DNA from: an uncultured delta proteobacterium
Lineage (GTDB): Bacteria > Myxococcota_A > Polyangia > Polyangiales > Polyangiaceae
Assembly (NCBI GenBank): GCA_963806225.1
Contig: CAWDXG010000004.1
Coordinates: 4,224,001-4,288,000 of the forward strand
DNA: 64,000 nt
Direction: 5' to 3'
Shown here: positions 34,265 to 45,057 of the stretch, in pieces
Layout: each line of letters opens with the position of its first letter
How positions within the stretch are numbered: the first letter of the stretch is position 1
Notes under the pieces: model-generated
The model's database searches: none
The model's input: the letters and a program-made list of their open reading frames with translations, nothing else
Told to the model about the DNA's origin: nothing
Program-made: the position numbers and the translations under genes

Positions 34265-35566
34265 ATGAGGCAACGCACATGGGGCGTGCTGCTGTGCGCC
34301 GGGCTGATCGGAGCGTCGGCGTGTGGTGGCTCCACCAGCAGCAGCGACCACAACGCGGGGGGTGCGGGTGGTGCCGGCGCTACGGCGGGCAGCGGCGGCA
34401 GCGGCGCCACCGGTGGCAGCGGTGCGACCGGTGGCAGCGCGACCGGCGGCAGCGCGACCGGCGGCAGCGCGACCGGCGGATCGGGTGGAAGCGTGGTCGA
34501 CGCGAGCGCGGGCAGCGGCGGAAGCGTTCCTGACGGAAGCGCAGGCACCGGCGGCAGCGGCGGCTTTCTCTCCGACGCGGGCGCGCTCGGCGTCGGCGGC
34601 TGCAGTGCCGATCCACCTGCCGGCGCGCCGCAGGCGCCGGACCCGAAGCCGTACAGCGGTGGCACCTGCCCGACGCTGCCGACTACCTGGGACGCTGCCG
34701 GCCCGAACCACGAGATCACCTTCAAGAGCTCCGGCAAGGATCGAACGTTCATGCTCGTTCTGCCGGAGAACATGAAGCCCGGCGAGAAGCTGCCCATCAT
34801 CTTCCTCTGGCACTGGCTCGGCGGCAGCGCGAAGTCCTTCTACGACAAGGGCGACGTGCAGAATGCCGTGAACGCGCAGCGCTTCATCGCCTTGCTCCCG
34901 GAATCCGAAGGCGCGTACATCCTCGGACTCTCGTTCGCCGACATGAAGTGGCCGTACAACGTCACGCAGACCCCGGCGCGCGTGAACGAAGAGCTGACGT
35001 TCTTCGACGACATGCTGTCGTGCGTGTCCCAGCAGTACAACGTGAACAAGAACTGCGTTGCGACTGTAGGCGTGAGCGCCGGCGCTCTGTGGACCGACCA
35101 GCTCATCGGGCAGCGCAGCGAGTACCTGTCGAGCTTCGAGTCGCTGTCGGGCGGCGTGGGTACGCCGGGCGGCACGGGCGCCATCACCATCAAGCCCTGG
35201 ACGGAATGGAAGCACCCCATCCCCGGTATGGTGTTGTGGGGTGGGCCGGGCGATCAGTGCGTGCTGCAGCAATTCGCCGGCTTGAGCCACAACCTGGAAA
35301 ATGCGCTGATCAAGGACGGATCGTTCTTCGCCGAGTGCGTGCACAACTGCGGGCACGCCGAGCCGCCGTTCGATCCGCCGTCGGGCTACACCACCTATGC
35401 GGGGCTCTGGCAGTTCGTGCTCGATCACCCGTACTGGTTGCCGAAGGGCTATTCGCCCTACGTCTCGCAGGGGCTGCCCGCCTCCGACCCGTCCTGGTGC
35501 GGCATCGGTCCCGGCAGCGCCACTCCGCGCACCGGCACCTGTCCGCCCGCGGCCTGCCCGTTCTAG
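34265..35566 (+). CDS. Lipoprotein with alpha/beta-hydrolase (LpqC/PHB-depolymerase-like) domain
   Basis: Lipobox ASAC, Gly linker, IIFLWHWLGG, GVSAGA nucleophile elbow. Confidence 0.65.
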   Translation: MRQRTWGVLLCAGLIGASACGGSTSSSDHNAGGAGGAGATAGSGGSGATGGSGATGGSATGGSATGGSATGGSGGSVVDASAGSGGSVPDGSAGTGGSGGFLSDAGALGVGGCSADPPAGAPQAPDPKPYSGGTCPTLPTTWDAAGPNHEITFKSSGKDRTFMLVLPENMKPGEKLPIIFLWHWLGGSAKSFYDKGDVQNAVNAQRFIALLPESEGAYILGLSFADMKWPYNVTQTPARVNEELTFFDDMLSCVSQQYNVNKNCVATVGVSAGALWTDQLIGQRSEYLSSFESLSGGVGTPGGTGAITIKPWTEWKHPIPGMVLWGGPGDQCVLQQFAGLSHNLENALIKDGSFFAECVHNCGHAEPPFDPPSGYTTYAGLWQFVLDHPYWLPKGYSPYVSQGLPASDPSWCGIGPGSATPRTGTCPPAACPF

Positions 35567-35635
35567 TCGGGGGTCCGGGCAGGGCAGAGCGCGCCGGATG
35601 GACGGGCGGGGCCGCTTCGTGGCACGTCATCGGAC

Positions 35636-36208
35636 ATGGAGTCCGGTGGCGGAAAGCGGAAGGCGAAGAAGACGCCGCCGCTGCCGACGCGGGACAACCT
35701 CGATCGCGCGGCGCTCCGCTATCTCGAGCGCTTCGACAGCTCGGCCGCGAACCTCCGGCGCGTGCTGCGCGGGCACGTGGCGCGCGCGGCGCGTGCCCAC
35801 GCCGAGCTCGACGTGCCGGCGGCCGAACGCCTCGTCGACGAGCTGCTCGAGCGCTACCAGGCATCCGGGCTGATCGACGACGCGCGCTACGCCGAGTCGC
35901 TCGCGCGCGGGCTCCACGCCCGAGGCACCTCGCGCCGCGGCGTCCGCCACAAGCTGCGCGCGCGCGGCGTTTCCGCCGAAGCGATCGACGCAGCGATCGC
36001 GTCGACCGGCCGCGATTCGGACGACGCCGAGCTCGACGCGGCGCGGGCTTTCGTGCGCCGTCGTCGCCTAGGGCCGCATCGCCCCGAGCACCAGCGCGCC
36101 GAGCGCTACCAGCGCGACCTCGCCGCGCTCGCCCGCGCCGGCTTCAGCTTCAACGTCGCCCGCCGCGCGCTCGAGGTTCCGGACGGCGCCGTGGAAGAAG
36201 AGCTGTAG
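35636..36208 (+). CDS. recX: RecX-family regulatory protein
   Basis: ALRYLERF, GLIDDARYA, KLRARGV, LARAGFS. Confidence 0.85.
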   Translation: MESGGGKRKAKKTPPLPTRDNLDRAALRYLERFDSSAANLRRVLRGHVARAARAHAELDVPAAERLVDELLERYQASGLIDDARYAESLARGLHARGTSRRGVRHKLRARGVSAEAIDAAIASTGRDSDDAELDAARAFVRRRRLGPHRPEHQRAERYQRDLAALARAGFSFNVARRALEVPDGAVEEEL

Positions 36209-36243
36209 ACGGAGTATCATCAAGGGCGGTGGCCAAGCTCTCG

Positions 36244-37596
36244 ATGCTGGCGGGCGGAATTGTCGATCCCGGCGGCGGACGCGCGGGCAGAGTCAGCGCG
36301 TACCCCCGCCCTTGGGCTCGCCTGGCAGCCGGGCTTCTTCTCGGTGTCGCGCTGGCCACGAGCGGCTGCGGCTCGAGCGGCAACGGCGGCAACCAGGCGT
36401 CGGGCGGCTCCGGGGGCGATGCCGGGCTGTTCGACGGCGCTCCGCCGGACGGACAGAGCGTGGATTCCGCGCCGCCGCCGGACGGTTCGGATGCGGCGGG
36501 CATGGACGCCGCGGCCGACCACGCCGCGAGCGATGCGGCGAACGACGGCTCCCCAGGCGGCGACGGCTCCGCGCCGGACGCTTCCTGCCAGCCCCAGCTG
36601 ATCTTCCTGGCGCAGGCCGGCACCACCTCGGCGTGTTCGTTCCCGGTGCCGGCGACCGTCGACCACAACCAGGTCAACGTGCTCATGGGAGGGGAGCTCT
36701 GCCGGCAGGGTTCCAACAACTGCGGGCCGCAAGGAGGCTGGTTCTGGATCGGCAACGAGGTGGCGTTGTGCGACGACACCTGCCTGGCGTGGGACAACAG
36801 CGGCGGCAAGCTCTACCTGGAGGTGGGCTGCCCTTCCGAGAGCTGCTACGTCGCCTGCAGCAAAGCCGGCGGCAAGTGCGGAAACGGCATCAACCACTGC
36901 TGCGTGGGGACGCGCTGCGAGAACGGCACCTGCGCGGCCTGCGGCAAGGGCGGCGACAGCTGCAGCTCCACCAGTGACTGCTGCAGCGGGGGATCGTGCC
37001 AGGGCGGATCCTGCATCTTCGGCATGGGCGGACCGTGCACGTCCACCGCCGGCTGCTCGCAAGGCGTTTGCAAGAGCAACGGAGTCTGCGGCTGCGACAC
37101 GGGCCAGATCCTCTGCAACTCGGGCTGCGTCAGCTACACCGATCCGAACAACTGCCGCGGCTGCGGCAACGTCTGCGCTTCAAACCTCATCTGCACCACC
37201 GCCGGCTGCGTGTGCGACCCCGCGAAGGGGCTGCCCGACCTGTGTAACGGCGTCTGCGTCGACAAGTCCAGCGATCGCACCAACTGCGGCGCCTGCTCGC
37301 ACACCTGTCCCCGGCTCGACCAGGTGTGCATCAGCTCCAAGTGCCAGTGCCCCGCCGGGCAGACCGACTGCAACGGCAACTGCGTCGACACCAAGACCAG
37401 CCAGACGCATTGCGGCGGCTGCAACCAGCCCTGCGCCACGGGCAGAGAGGTCTGCCAGGGCGGCAGCTGCGTGTGCGCCTCCGGCTATACCGATTGCTCC
37501 GGCACTTGCGTGAATCTGCTCACCGACAAGTACAACTGCGGCAGCTGCGGAAACGCCTGCAAGGGAAACAAGCTCTGCGTCAACGGCGCGTGCTGA
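36244..37596 (+). CDS. Cys-rich repeat lipoprotein (CVDxxxDxxNCGxC repeats)
   Basis: Lipobox TSGC, five DPNNC/DRTNCGAC-type repeats; start uncertain. Confidence 0.75.
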   Translation: MLAGGIVDPGGGRAGRVSAYPRPWARLAAGLLLGVALATSGCGSSGNGGNQASGGSGGDAGLFDGAPPDGQSVDSAPPPDGSDAAGMDAAADHAASDAANDGSPGGDGSAPDASCQPQLIFLAQAGTTSACSFPVPATVDHNQVNVLMGGELCRQGSNNCGPQGGWFWIGNEVALCDDTCLAWDNSGGKLYLEVGCPSESCYVACSKAGGKCGNGINHCCVGTRCENGTCAACGKGGDSCSSTSDCCSGGSCQGGSCIFGMGGPCTSTAGCSQGVCKSNGVCGCDTGQILCNSGCVSYTDPNNCRGCGNVCASNLICTTAGCVCDPAKGLPDLCNGVCVDKSSDRTNCGACSHTCPRLDQVCISSKCQCPAGQTDCNGNCVDTKTSQTHCGGCNQPCATGREVCQGGSCVCASGYTDCSGTCVNLLTDKYNCGSCGNACKGNKLCVNGAC

Positions 37597-37617
37597 GCGC
37601 GCCAGCGTTCGACGCAG

Positions 37618-37731
37618 CTAGCGCTTCAGGCTCTGGCGGCGGCGACGGTTCTTGGCGCGCTGCTTGGCCTTGAGGCGGATGCAACGCTTGCGGTTCGTCT
37701 TGCGCGGGGTCTTGGTCTTCGCGAGATACAT
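37618..37731 (-). CDS. Small very basic protein (37 aa)
   Basis: Manual translation MYLAKTKTPRKTNRKRCIRLKAKQRAKNRRRRQSLKR; host-like GC3 codon use; not in ORF track. Confidence 0.55.
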   Translation of the reverse strand: MYLAKTKTPRKTNRKRCIRLKAKQRAKNRRRRQSLKR

Positions 37732-37826
37732 GGGGCGGGCGTTCTAGGCCGGGGTGCCGTCTCGCGCAAGGTCGCGCGCGGCCGCGCCGGATAAATCCTG
37801 TGATTCCAGTACCTTACGCAGCCGAA

Positions 37827-38141
37827 CTAGGAGCCGTGGTGCGTGGTGAGCAGTTTCTGGATCAGCGCCTGCGAGTAGCTGCTGAGCTCCTTGAACACGA
37901 CGCCCATGCCCGGCGGATCGCTCTCCACCCGCACCACCTCGCCGATGCCCTCGATGGTCTCGATGTCGTCCATGATGACCGTGAAGCGCAGGTTCACCTC
38001 GGTGCCGATGGGCAGAGGCGTCTTCGACTTGATGAACGCGCCGCTGGCCGAGATGTTGGTCACGTACTCCTGGATGAACTGATCGAAGGAGTCGAACTCC
38101 TTGTTGATCGTGACCCGCTCCTCCTGCCGACCATTCGACAT
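37827..38141 (-). CDS. PilZ-domain protein
   Basis: RQEERV...NISASGAFI...GEVVRV...GMGVVF. Confidence 0.85.
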   Translation of the reverse strand: MSNGRQEERVTINKEFDSFDQFIQEYVTNISASGAFIKSKTPLPIGTEVNLRFTVIMDDIETIEGIGEVVRVESDPPGMGVVFKELSSYSQALIQKLLTTHHGS

Positions 38142-38143
38142 CG

Positions 38144-40655
38144 CTACTTCCCCTGCAGGTCGAATTGCTCGATGTGGTACTCGCGTCGCGGCACGAGCTC
38201 GATACGCCGCAAGTAGCGGCGCTCGGCCTCGGTGACGGCTTCCTTCTCCTCGCCGTTCATCAGATCGACGATCGCGGGGTGCGCATTGACCAGAACCACG
38301 TACCCCGGCAGCGTGTGCCGTTCGCGGCGGATCTGGCGGAGGATCTCGTAGGCGATCGTGGTGCGTGACTGGATCTGGCCCGTGCCGTCGCAATAGAAGC
38401 AGGGCTCGTGCATCACGCGGCTCAGGCTCTCGCGCGTCCGCTTGCGCGTCATCTCGATGAGCCCCAGCTCGCTGATGCGGTTCAGCGTGGTCTTCGCCTT
38501 GTCCTTGCTCAGCTTCTGGACCAGCGCGCGCCACGTCTTCTCGCGATTTCCCGCGATCTCCATGTCGATGAGATCGAGGATCACGAGCCCGCCGATGTTG
38601 CGGAAGCGTAGCTGGTAGGCGATCTCGTCGACGGCTTCCAGGTTCGTCTTGTACGCGGTCTCCTCTAGATCTTTGCTGCCTTTGCCGACGTAGCGTCCGG
38701 TGTTCACGTCGATCGCCGTGAGCGCCTCGGCCTGGTCGATGATGAGGTAGCCGCCGCTCGGCAGCGGAACCTTGCGGCTGAGCGCGCGGCCGATCTCGTC
38801 CTCGATGCCGTAGGCGTCGAAGATCGGCTCGTCGCCGCTGTACAGCTCGATGTCCTTGACCCGCTCGGGCAGGAACATCTCGATGAAGCGGACGAGCCTC
38901 GCGTATTGATCCTTGTCGTCGATGACGATCTTCTCGATGTCGTCGGTGAACAGATCGCGCGCGGTCTTCAGCACCAGATCGAGCTCGCTGTAGAGGATCG
39001 TCGGCGCCTTGGCGCCTTCGCGCTTGGCTGCGACGTCCGCCCACAGCTTGATCAGATAGCCGACGTCGGCCTTGAGCCCCTTCTTGGTCAGGCCTTCGGC
39101 GACGGTGCGCACGATGAGCCCACCCGTCTGCGGCTTGAGCGCTTCCATCACCTTGCGCAGACGGCCGCGTTCCTTGGCGGAGCCGATGCGCTTGGAGATA
39201 CCGATGTGCTCCACCGTCGGCATGTACACGACGTAGCGGCCGGGCAGCGACACATGGCTGGTTACGCGCGCGCCCTTGGTGCCGATCGGTTCCTTGGAGA
39301 TCTGGACGATGACCTGGTCGCCTTCCTTGACCACCTCGGTGATGGGGACCGAACGCGACACCCGGCTGGTGCCTGTCTTCGCGTTCTTGCGCTTGTCCCT
39401 GTCGTTGCCGCGCGTGCGCTCGTCGCCACGCTTCTTGTTCCTGCCGGTGGCCGGCTCTGCAGCGGCCGCCGCGGAGCCGTTCGACTCGGCGTCGCCCTCG
39501 CCCTTGGGGCGCCGGCGACGCCGGCGACGCCGGCGGCCACGACCGCGCGGCTCTTCTTCTTCCTGCTCGTCGTCGGCCTTCGGCGCGCGGGCGCTCACGC
39601 GACGGCGCGTGCCGGCGTCGTCCGCGGCTTCGTCGTCGCTGCCCGGTTCTGCTTCGGCTGCGCCCGCTGCGCTCTGCTCGCTCTCGTCCTCGGCCGTCGC
39701 TTCCGCGGCGTCTTCAGAGTCGGCAGCCGCCTCGGTTTCGCTGTCGTCGTCCCAGACGCTGTCGACCTCGCTGTCTGCGGAGCCAGCTCGGGCCGCGACG
39801 GAACCGTCGTCGGCTTCCTCGTCGGCTTCCTCGATCGCCTCGTCGTCTTCGCTGTCTTCGGCCGCGACTTCGATCGCTTCCTCGTCGTCGTCGTCGTCGG
39901 CGGCCGCGACCTCGATGGCGTCGTCGTCGTCGTCGTCGTCGGCCGCGACCTCGATGGCGTCGTCGTCGTCTTCGGCCGCGACCTCGATGGCGTCGTCGTC
40001 GTCTTCGGCCGCGACCTCGATCGTCTCGTCGTCCTCGGCGGGTTCCGCGCTTGCGGTTGTCTCGCCTTCGCCGTCCGCCGCGGCCTCGGTCGGGGCTTCG
40101 CCTTCGCCTTCCGCCGCGGCCTCGGTCGCGACTTCGCTCTCCGACCCGTCGCCGGCTGTCGCCTCGTCGCGTCCGCGTCGTCTGCCGCGGCGCCGTCCGC
40201 CGCGCCGTCGTCGCCCACGTCGTGAGGGCGCCGCGCCTTCCTCGGCGGTCTCCTCGTCGGCCGGCGCGGCCTGCTCGACCTGCGCTTCGTCGCCGGCCTC
40301 CACGGACTCGTCGCCTTCGGTCGGCTCGACGCCCCAGTTGTGGCGCCGCCCGCCTTCGCCGCGCATCGACGGATCACCGTCGTGCTCGCGTGCGTTGCCG
40401 TGCAGGTACGCTTCGAAGTCGTCGGGGCGGATCAGAATCCTCGACGTGGAGGAACGCAGCCCGCTCCATGCCGACTTCGATGAACGCCGCCTGCATGCCC
40501 GGCAGCACGCGCGAGACCCGGCCCAGCACGACATTGCCTACCGTGCTGCGAGCCGAAGCACGCTCGAGTTGGAGCTCTGCGATAACCCCGTCTTCGATGA
40601 GCGCGACGCGGGTTTCCCGAAGGTCACAATTGATAACGAGTAGATTTCGAGCCAT
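38144..40655 (-). CDS. rne: Ribonuclease E/G family with large acidic insertion (frameshift near 40437)
   Basis: ETRVALIEDG, LPGMQAAF, KEPIGTKGAR, IDVNTG, LRFRNIGGLVILDLIDM, CFYCDG. Confidence 0.9.
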
Positions 40656-40884
40656 TCGCTCGGCGGGAGGCGGCTTCACTCAAGCCCTTGTGCCGCCGCG
40701 TGGGGCGGGCCTCACCGTCCAGGTGTCACGTCTTGTGGGTGGAGCGAGGGCTCCCCCGTAATCTTTCCCGCTGCCAGGTCAGCATGACCTGCTGCGGCAT
40801 GTCAACTGCCCGGAAATAGCCGAAAATTGTCGGGACCGCCAGCCCGATTGACCTGGCCCTGCCAGACGCCGATGCTCGGGCGTC

Positions 40885-41616
40885 ATGTCGAGGTCATTCC
40901 TGGTGATGGATATCGAGACCGTTCTCGATGCGGAGCTGCCTATCGCAGAATCCGCGGAGGCGGAACGGCTGCCGGCTCCGCCCCACCACAAGGTGGTGGT
41001 TGTGGGCGCCCTCTGGTTCGGGGCGGACTACAAGGCCAAGAAGCTCGGCGTGATCGGCGAAGACAAGGACGAGTTCGGAATCCTTAGTGATTTCGCTAGG
41101 TTGATGGATGAGCGCCGGCCGGATCTGGTGACCTGGAACGGCCGTGGGTTCGACCTGCCGGTGATCGCCGCCCGCTGCCTGCGCCACGGCATCCCGCTCC
41201 GGCACTACTACCGCTCGCGCGACGTCCGCTATCGCTTCTCGCCCGACGGGCATCTGGATCTAATGGATTATGTTGCAGATTTCGGCGCCGCTAAGCCCAG
41301 CAAGCTGGATATCGTAGCCAAGCTGTGCGGCCTGCCCGGCAAGGTCGGAGTCGACGGCAAGGACGTGGGCCCGCTGGTCCACGCCGGCCGGCTCAGCGAG
41401 GTCCGCGACTACTGCCTGTGCGACGTGGCCCAGACGGCGGGCGTGTTCCTGCGCGTGCAACTGTTGCGTGGGGAACTGGAGCGCGAAGCCTACCTCCAGG
41501 CGATGGGGGGCCTCGTCGAGCTGATCCAGGAGGATGCCCGGGTTGCCCCGGTCGCGGCGGGACTGAACGTTGACCGCCTGCTGTTGAAGGAGCGAGACAG
41601 CCAGGAGGACCCATGA
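40885..41616 (+). CDS. PolB-type 3'-5' exonuclease
   Basis: MDIET, TWNGRGFDLP, HLDLMD, YCLCDV (DEDDy). Confidence 0.85.
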   Translation: MSRSFLVMDIETVLDAELPIAESAEAERLPAPPHHKVVVVGALWFGADYKAKKLGVIGEDKDEFGILSDFARLMDERRPDLVTWNGRGFDLPVIAARCLRHGIPLRHYYRSRDVRYRFSPDGHLDLMDYVADFGAAKPSKLDIVAKLCGLPGKVGVDGKDVGPLVHAGRLSEVRDYCLCDVAQTAGVFLRVQLLRGELEREAYLQAMGGLVELIQEDARVAPVAAGLNVDRLLLKERDSQEDP

Positions 41617-41936
41617 GCGACCTTGCCAGCCGACACTGCAAAAATGGTGCGGACAAGCTCCCGGCGGAACAGGTCCGCCGGTATCTGGAAGAGCTCGGAG
41701 ATTGGGAGCTGTCGAAGGACGAGCGCAGCGTCCACTCGACGTTCCAGTTCGACAACTACTACCAGACCATCTCGTTCGTGAACGCGATCGCCTGGATGGC
41801 CAACCGCGAGGACCACCATCCGGATCTCGAGGTGTCGTACAACCGCTGCGTGGTGCACTACTCGACGCACGACGCCGGCGGCCTGACCGACAACGACTTC
41901 ATCTGTGCAGCGAAGGTGATCGCGCTGCTTTCGTGA
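41613..41936 (+). CDS. phhB: Pterin-4-alpha-carbinolamine dehydratase
   Basis: EDHHPDL, STHDAGGLTDNDFICAAK. Confidence 0.9.
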   Translation: MSDLASRHCKNGADKLPAEQVRRYLEELGDWELSKDERSVHSTFQFDNYYQTISFVNAIAWMANREDHHPDLEVSYNRCVVHYSTHDAGGLTDNDFICAAKVIALLS

Positions 41937-41967
41937 CCGGCGCCTGCGTGCGGTATCCTCCGCGGCC

Positions 41968-42708
41968 GTGGAGATCGATCGCATCGCCCCCACCCGGCGC
42001 CCGGCCGGTGCGGTACGCGGGTATCAGCGCTGGCGGACGCTCCTGTTCGTGCACTGGCCCGTGCCGGTGGAGGCCCTTCGCGCGCTCGTGCCCGGCGCGC
42101 TCGACATCGACACCTTCGAAGGACAGGCCTACGTGGGGTTGGTCCCGTTCGCGATGCAGGGCGTGCGTCCGCGCTGGGCGCCGGAAGCGCTGTCGTTCGA
42201 CTTCCTCGAGACGAACGTGCGCACCTACGTGCACGTCGGCGGCCGCGACCCGGGCGTGTTCTTCTTTTCCCTCGACGCGGCGTCGCGCATCGCGGTGACG
42301 CTGGCCCGCGCCGGCTGGAGCCTGCCGTATTTCTACTCGAAGATGCAGCTCGAGCGCGACGGCGACGAGGTGCGCTATTCACTCGACCGGCGCGCGGGCG
42401 ATCGGCCGCGCCTCGATGTGCGCTACCAGATAGGCGAGCCGCTCGGTCCGAGCGAGCCGGGCAGCCTGCAATTTTTCCTGGTGGAACGCTACTTCCTGCA
42501 CGTGGAGCGAAGCGGGGCGATCTGGTCCGGCCAGGTCCACCACACTCCGTACCCGGTGCAGAGCGCCCAGCTACTGTCGCTCGACGAGCAGCTCATTTCC
42601 GCCACGGGGCTGTCGGCTCCCGACGACCCGCCCCCGCTCGTCCACTACGCCGAGGGCGTTAACGTCGACATCTACACGCTCGGCCGAAGAACCCGCGTCG
42701 GGCAGTGA
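41968..42708 (+). CDS. YqjF/DUF2071 family protein
   Basis: QRWRTLLFVHW, ETNVRTYV, PGVFFFSLDA, FLVERY. Confidence 0.85.
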   Translation: MEIDRIAPTRRPAGAVRGYQRWRTLLFVHWPVPVEALRALVPGALDIDTFEGQAYVGLVPFAMQGVRPRWAPEALSFDFLETNVRTYVHVGGRDPGVFFFSLDAASRIAVTLARAGWSLPYFYSKMQLERDGDEVRYSLDRRAGDRPRLDVRYQIGEPLGPSEPGSLQFFLVERYFLHVERSGAIWSGQVHHTPYPVQSAQLLSLDEQLISATGLSAPDDPPPLVHYAEGVNVDIYTLGRRTRVGQ

Positions 42709-43188
42709 CGCCGATGGGCCACTCGTGGCCCTGACGGCACAGCACACCGAGCGTGCGTTGCAGCGGGTCGACCAGCCACACGTGGGCTACCTCCGCCCGC
42801 GCGTAGATCGGCAGCTTGCGCGCACGGTCGGAGGCCTCGGTGCTGGGCGAGAGCACCTCGCATACCCAATCCGGCGCCAGCGTGAAGTGGGCTCGTCGTT
42901 GGTCATGACCGGCATCCGCTCGCGCCGCCGGCCGCCAAGATCCGGCAGCAGCACGTCGTCGTCGAAGTGCAGTTCGGGTTCGTCGAGCAGGATCCACCCG
43001 CCCGGTCCGCCGCGGCCCCGTTTGAATGGCGGACCCAGCTCTTCACCCAGCGCCGTGGCCGCCGCCGTGTGCCGCTTGGCCGGCCGCGGCGAAAGCGACA
43101 GCTCCCCGTCGATGATCTCCGCGATCATGTTCTCGGGCGCAGCCAGCACATCCTCGTACGTGGCGCGACGCTTGGCGGGATCGGCCAT
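42700..43188 (-). pseudogene. Uma2-family endonuclease, frameshifted and apparently C-terminally truncated
   Basis: AEIIDGEL, GWILLDEPEL, then APDWVCEVLSPST...KLPIYA...WLVDP in another frame; runs into the convergent gene. Confidence 0.8.
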
Positions 43189-43425
43189 CACCAGGAAGAT
43201 AGCACGCACAGCGATTGGTCGAGGAACACCATGACGAGATCGTCCGGAGCCGGAAAGCGCACTTCGGCGGCAGAGCACGCTGACGTCGAGACCCTGTACG
43301 TTACGCCCCACGGCGTCCGGCTGATGGCCGAAGGCACGGAACCTGCTGGGCCAAGCCCGGACGTGGCGCGCCGGTCAGGTCGTGCCGGGACTTCCACGTG
43401 GATCCGCCTCGCGCGCCGCGCGCGG

Positions 43426-44911
43426 GCCCTCTGCTCGTTGCTCCTGATTGCCACACGTCACTCTCGCGGCTTCTGCCGGACAGACTACGCCTCGATCGAG
43501 CTCCGCGGAAGGCGCGCCGGCGTGGCATCCGGCCCCCCGCGCGTGGCCCGCGCACGACCACCCTGCCGCCGGTCGGATCCCCGCCCTTGCGAGCGCGCGT
43601 TCAGGGCACGTCGAACAGCTCCGCCTGCACGGGCTCGCCGAGCCTTCTGCGGATGACGCGGCTCTTGAACCACGGGGGCCCCCTCGCGGGCGCGAGCGTG
43701 GGCGGTTCGGTGGGCTCGCCGAGCCAGCGGAGGTAGCGGCGGATGCCGGCGGCGGTGACGACGAGGGCGCGGAGCTTCATCCTGCCGCCACAGTGCTCGC
43801 ACCGCTCCACGTCGATTTTGAAGCTGCGGCGTAGCAACTCGCGCCATGGGCGATACCCGCAGCGATGCGTGGGCGGCTTGTCCTTCGTGTTCGCGCACGT
43901 GGCGCAGTGCGCGTCGTTGTCGTTCTTGTCGTCGTCGTCGTCGCGCGGCGGCGGCGGAACAATGCGCGCTCTCCATTTGCTGTGTGCAGCGAGCACGCCG
44001 CCGTACCTCACCGTATTGAACCGTGGCGGGTGCACGGCCGCCGCGAGTCGCGCGAGCAGGGACAGAGGGTCCATCTCGAGCGCGACTGTTCCACCACTGA
44101 ACGGCCGCTTAAGGACCAGACGCACGAGATCGTCGCCGGCGAGCTGGACGCGCTCCTGCGAGATCGGCGGCCGCAGGATGTACTTGCAGAGCGCTTCCTT
44201 TCCCGCGGCGTCGGTGGCGCTCGCGGTGGTCGAGGCGTGCAGCGACAAACCGCCCAGGGTGGCGCAGAGCGCCTTGGTGTGGACGAGCCTGGCTTCGCCG
44301 CGCAGCGTGATGGGATCGCGCCGGCGCAGCGCGGGTCCTGCCGGCACGGTGCCGAGCGTGGAGGCGACGGCGAGCTGGGCGAGCGCGGGCTCGCTCTCGG
44401 CGAGCGTCGCGTCCGCGCTGACAACGCTCGCGCCGCTGCCGCTGCCGCTGCCGCCGCTGCTCTCGTCGGCGTCCGCGATCACGCCTTTGCGTCGCAAGAG
44501 CGCGAGGATGCGCGCGCGGGCGATCTGCAGCACGTCGGCGACGTCGTCGTTGGTCAGGAAGGGCAGCGGATGGAAGCGGAGCTCGCCGCTCTCGTCCTCG
44601 GTGAACACCCCATCGAGACCGATCGAATGGAAATGTGGGTTGAGCCGGAAATCACTCGATACGCGTTGTACAGCGGTGACGGCGCCGCTCCTGCCGCCGT
44701 CGATGCCGCGCTCGCGCAGGCGGCGGCGGTACCAGCGGAGCACCGAGTCGACGAAGGCGTGGCAGACCGCGCCGAGCAGCCCGGCGTCGTAGGCGAGCCG
44801 CGCCCTGAGCTCGAACGGCAAGGTGAGCACCCACTGCCTGAGCGGCACGCCCGGCGGCAGAACGTGTTCCACAAGGTCCGCAGCGCCGGCCGCCATGCGG
44901 CGGCCCAGGCA
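43426..44911 (-). mobile_element. IS91-family element copy A (5'-truncated transposase 43601-44911; terminal ~15 bp of the ori end missing)
   Basis: Close homolog of the 48661-50283 transposase from CLGRRMAAG onward; NPHFH (HUH) and CKYILRP motifs. Confidence 0.88.
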
Positions 44912-44912
44912 C

Positions 44913-44954
44913 GGCAACCAGGAGCAGCGAGCAGGGGGCGTTCATCCTACCTAC
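44913..44954 (+). repeat. Isolated IS91 ori-end motif
   Basis: ggcaaccaggagcagcgagcagggggcgttcatcctacctac, 2 mismatches to the end of copies B, C and D. Confidence 0.85.
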
Positions 44955-44955
44955 G

Positions 44956-45021
44956 GGCAACGCCCCGCTCGCGCTGCTACTCGGCCTGCTTGTGCTCGCA
45001 ATCCGCCGTTCGCGCCGCTAG
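44956..45021 (+). pseudogene. Orphan C-terminal tail resembling a MYXO-CTERM sorting signal
   Basis: GNAPLALLLGLLVLAIRRSRR-stop directly after the IS end. Confidence 0.5.
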
Positions 45022-45057
45022 CCCGGCCGCGCGTTGGCCAGCCGCGCGCAGTCTCGC

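Noticed and set aside
41255..41280. TAATGGATTATGTTG resembling a dif half-site
   Set aside because: Inside the conserved HLDLMDY coding motif of the exonuclease, with wrong spacing.
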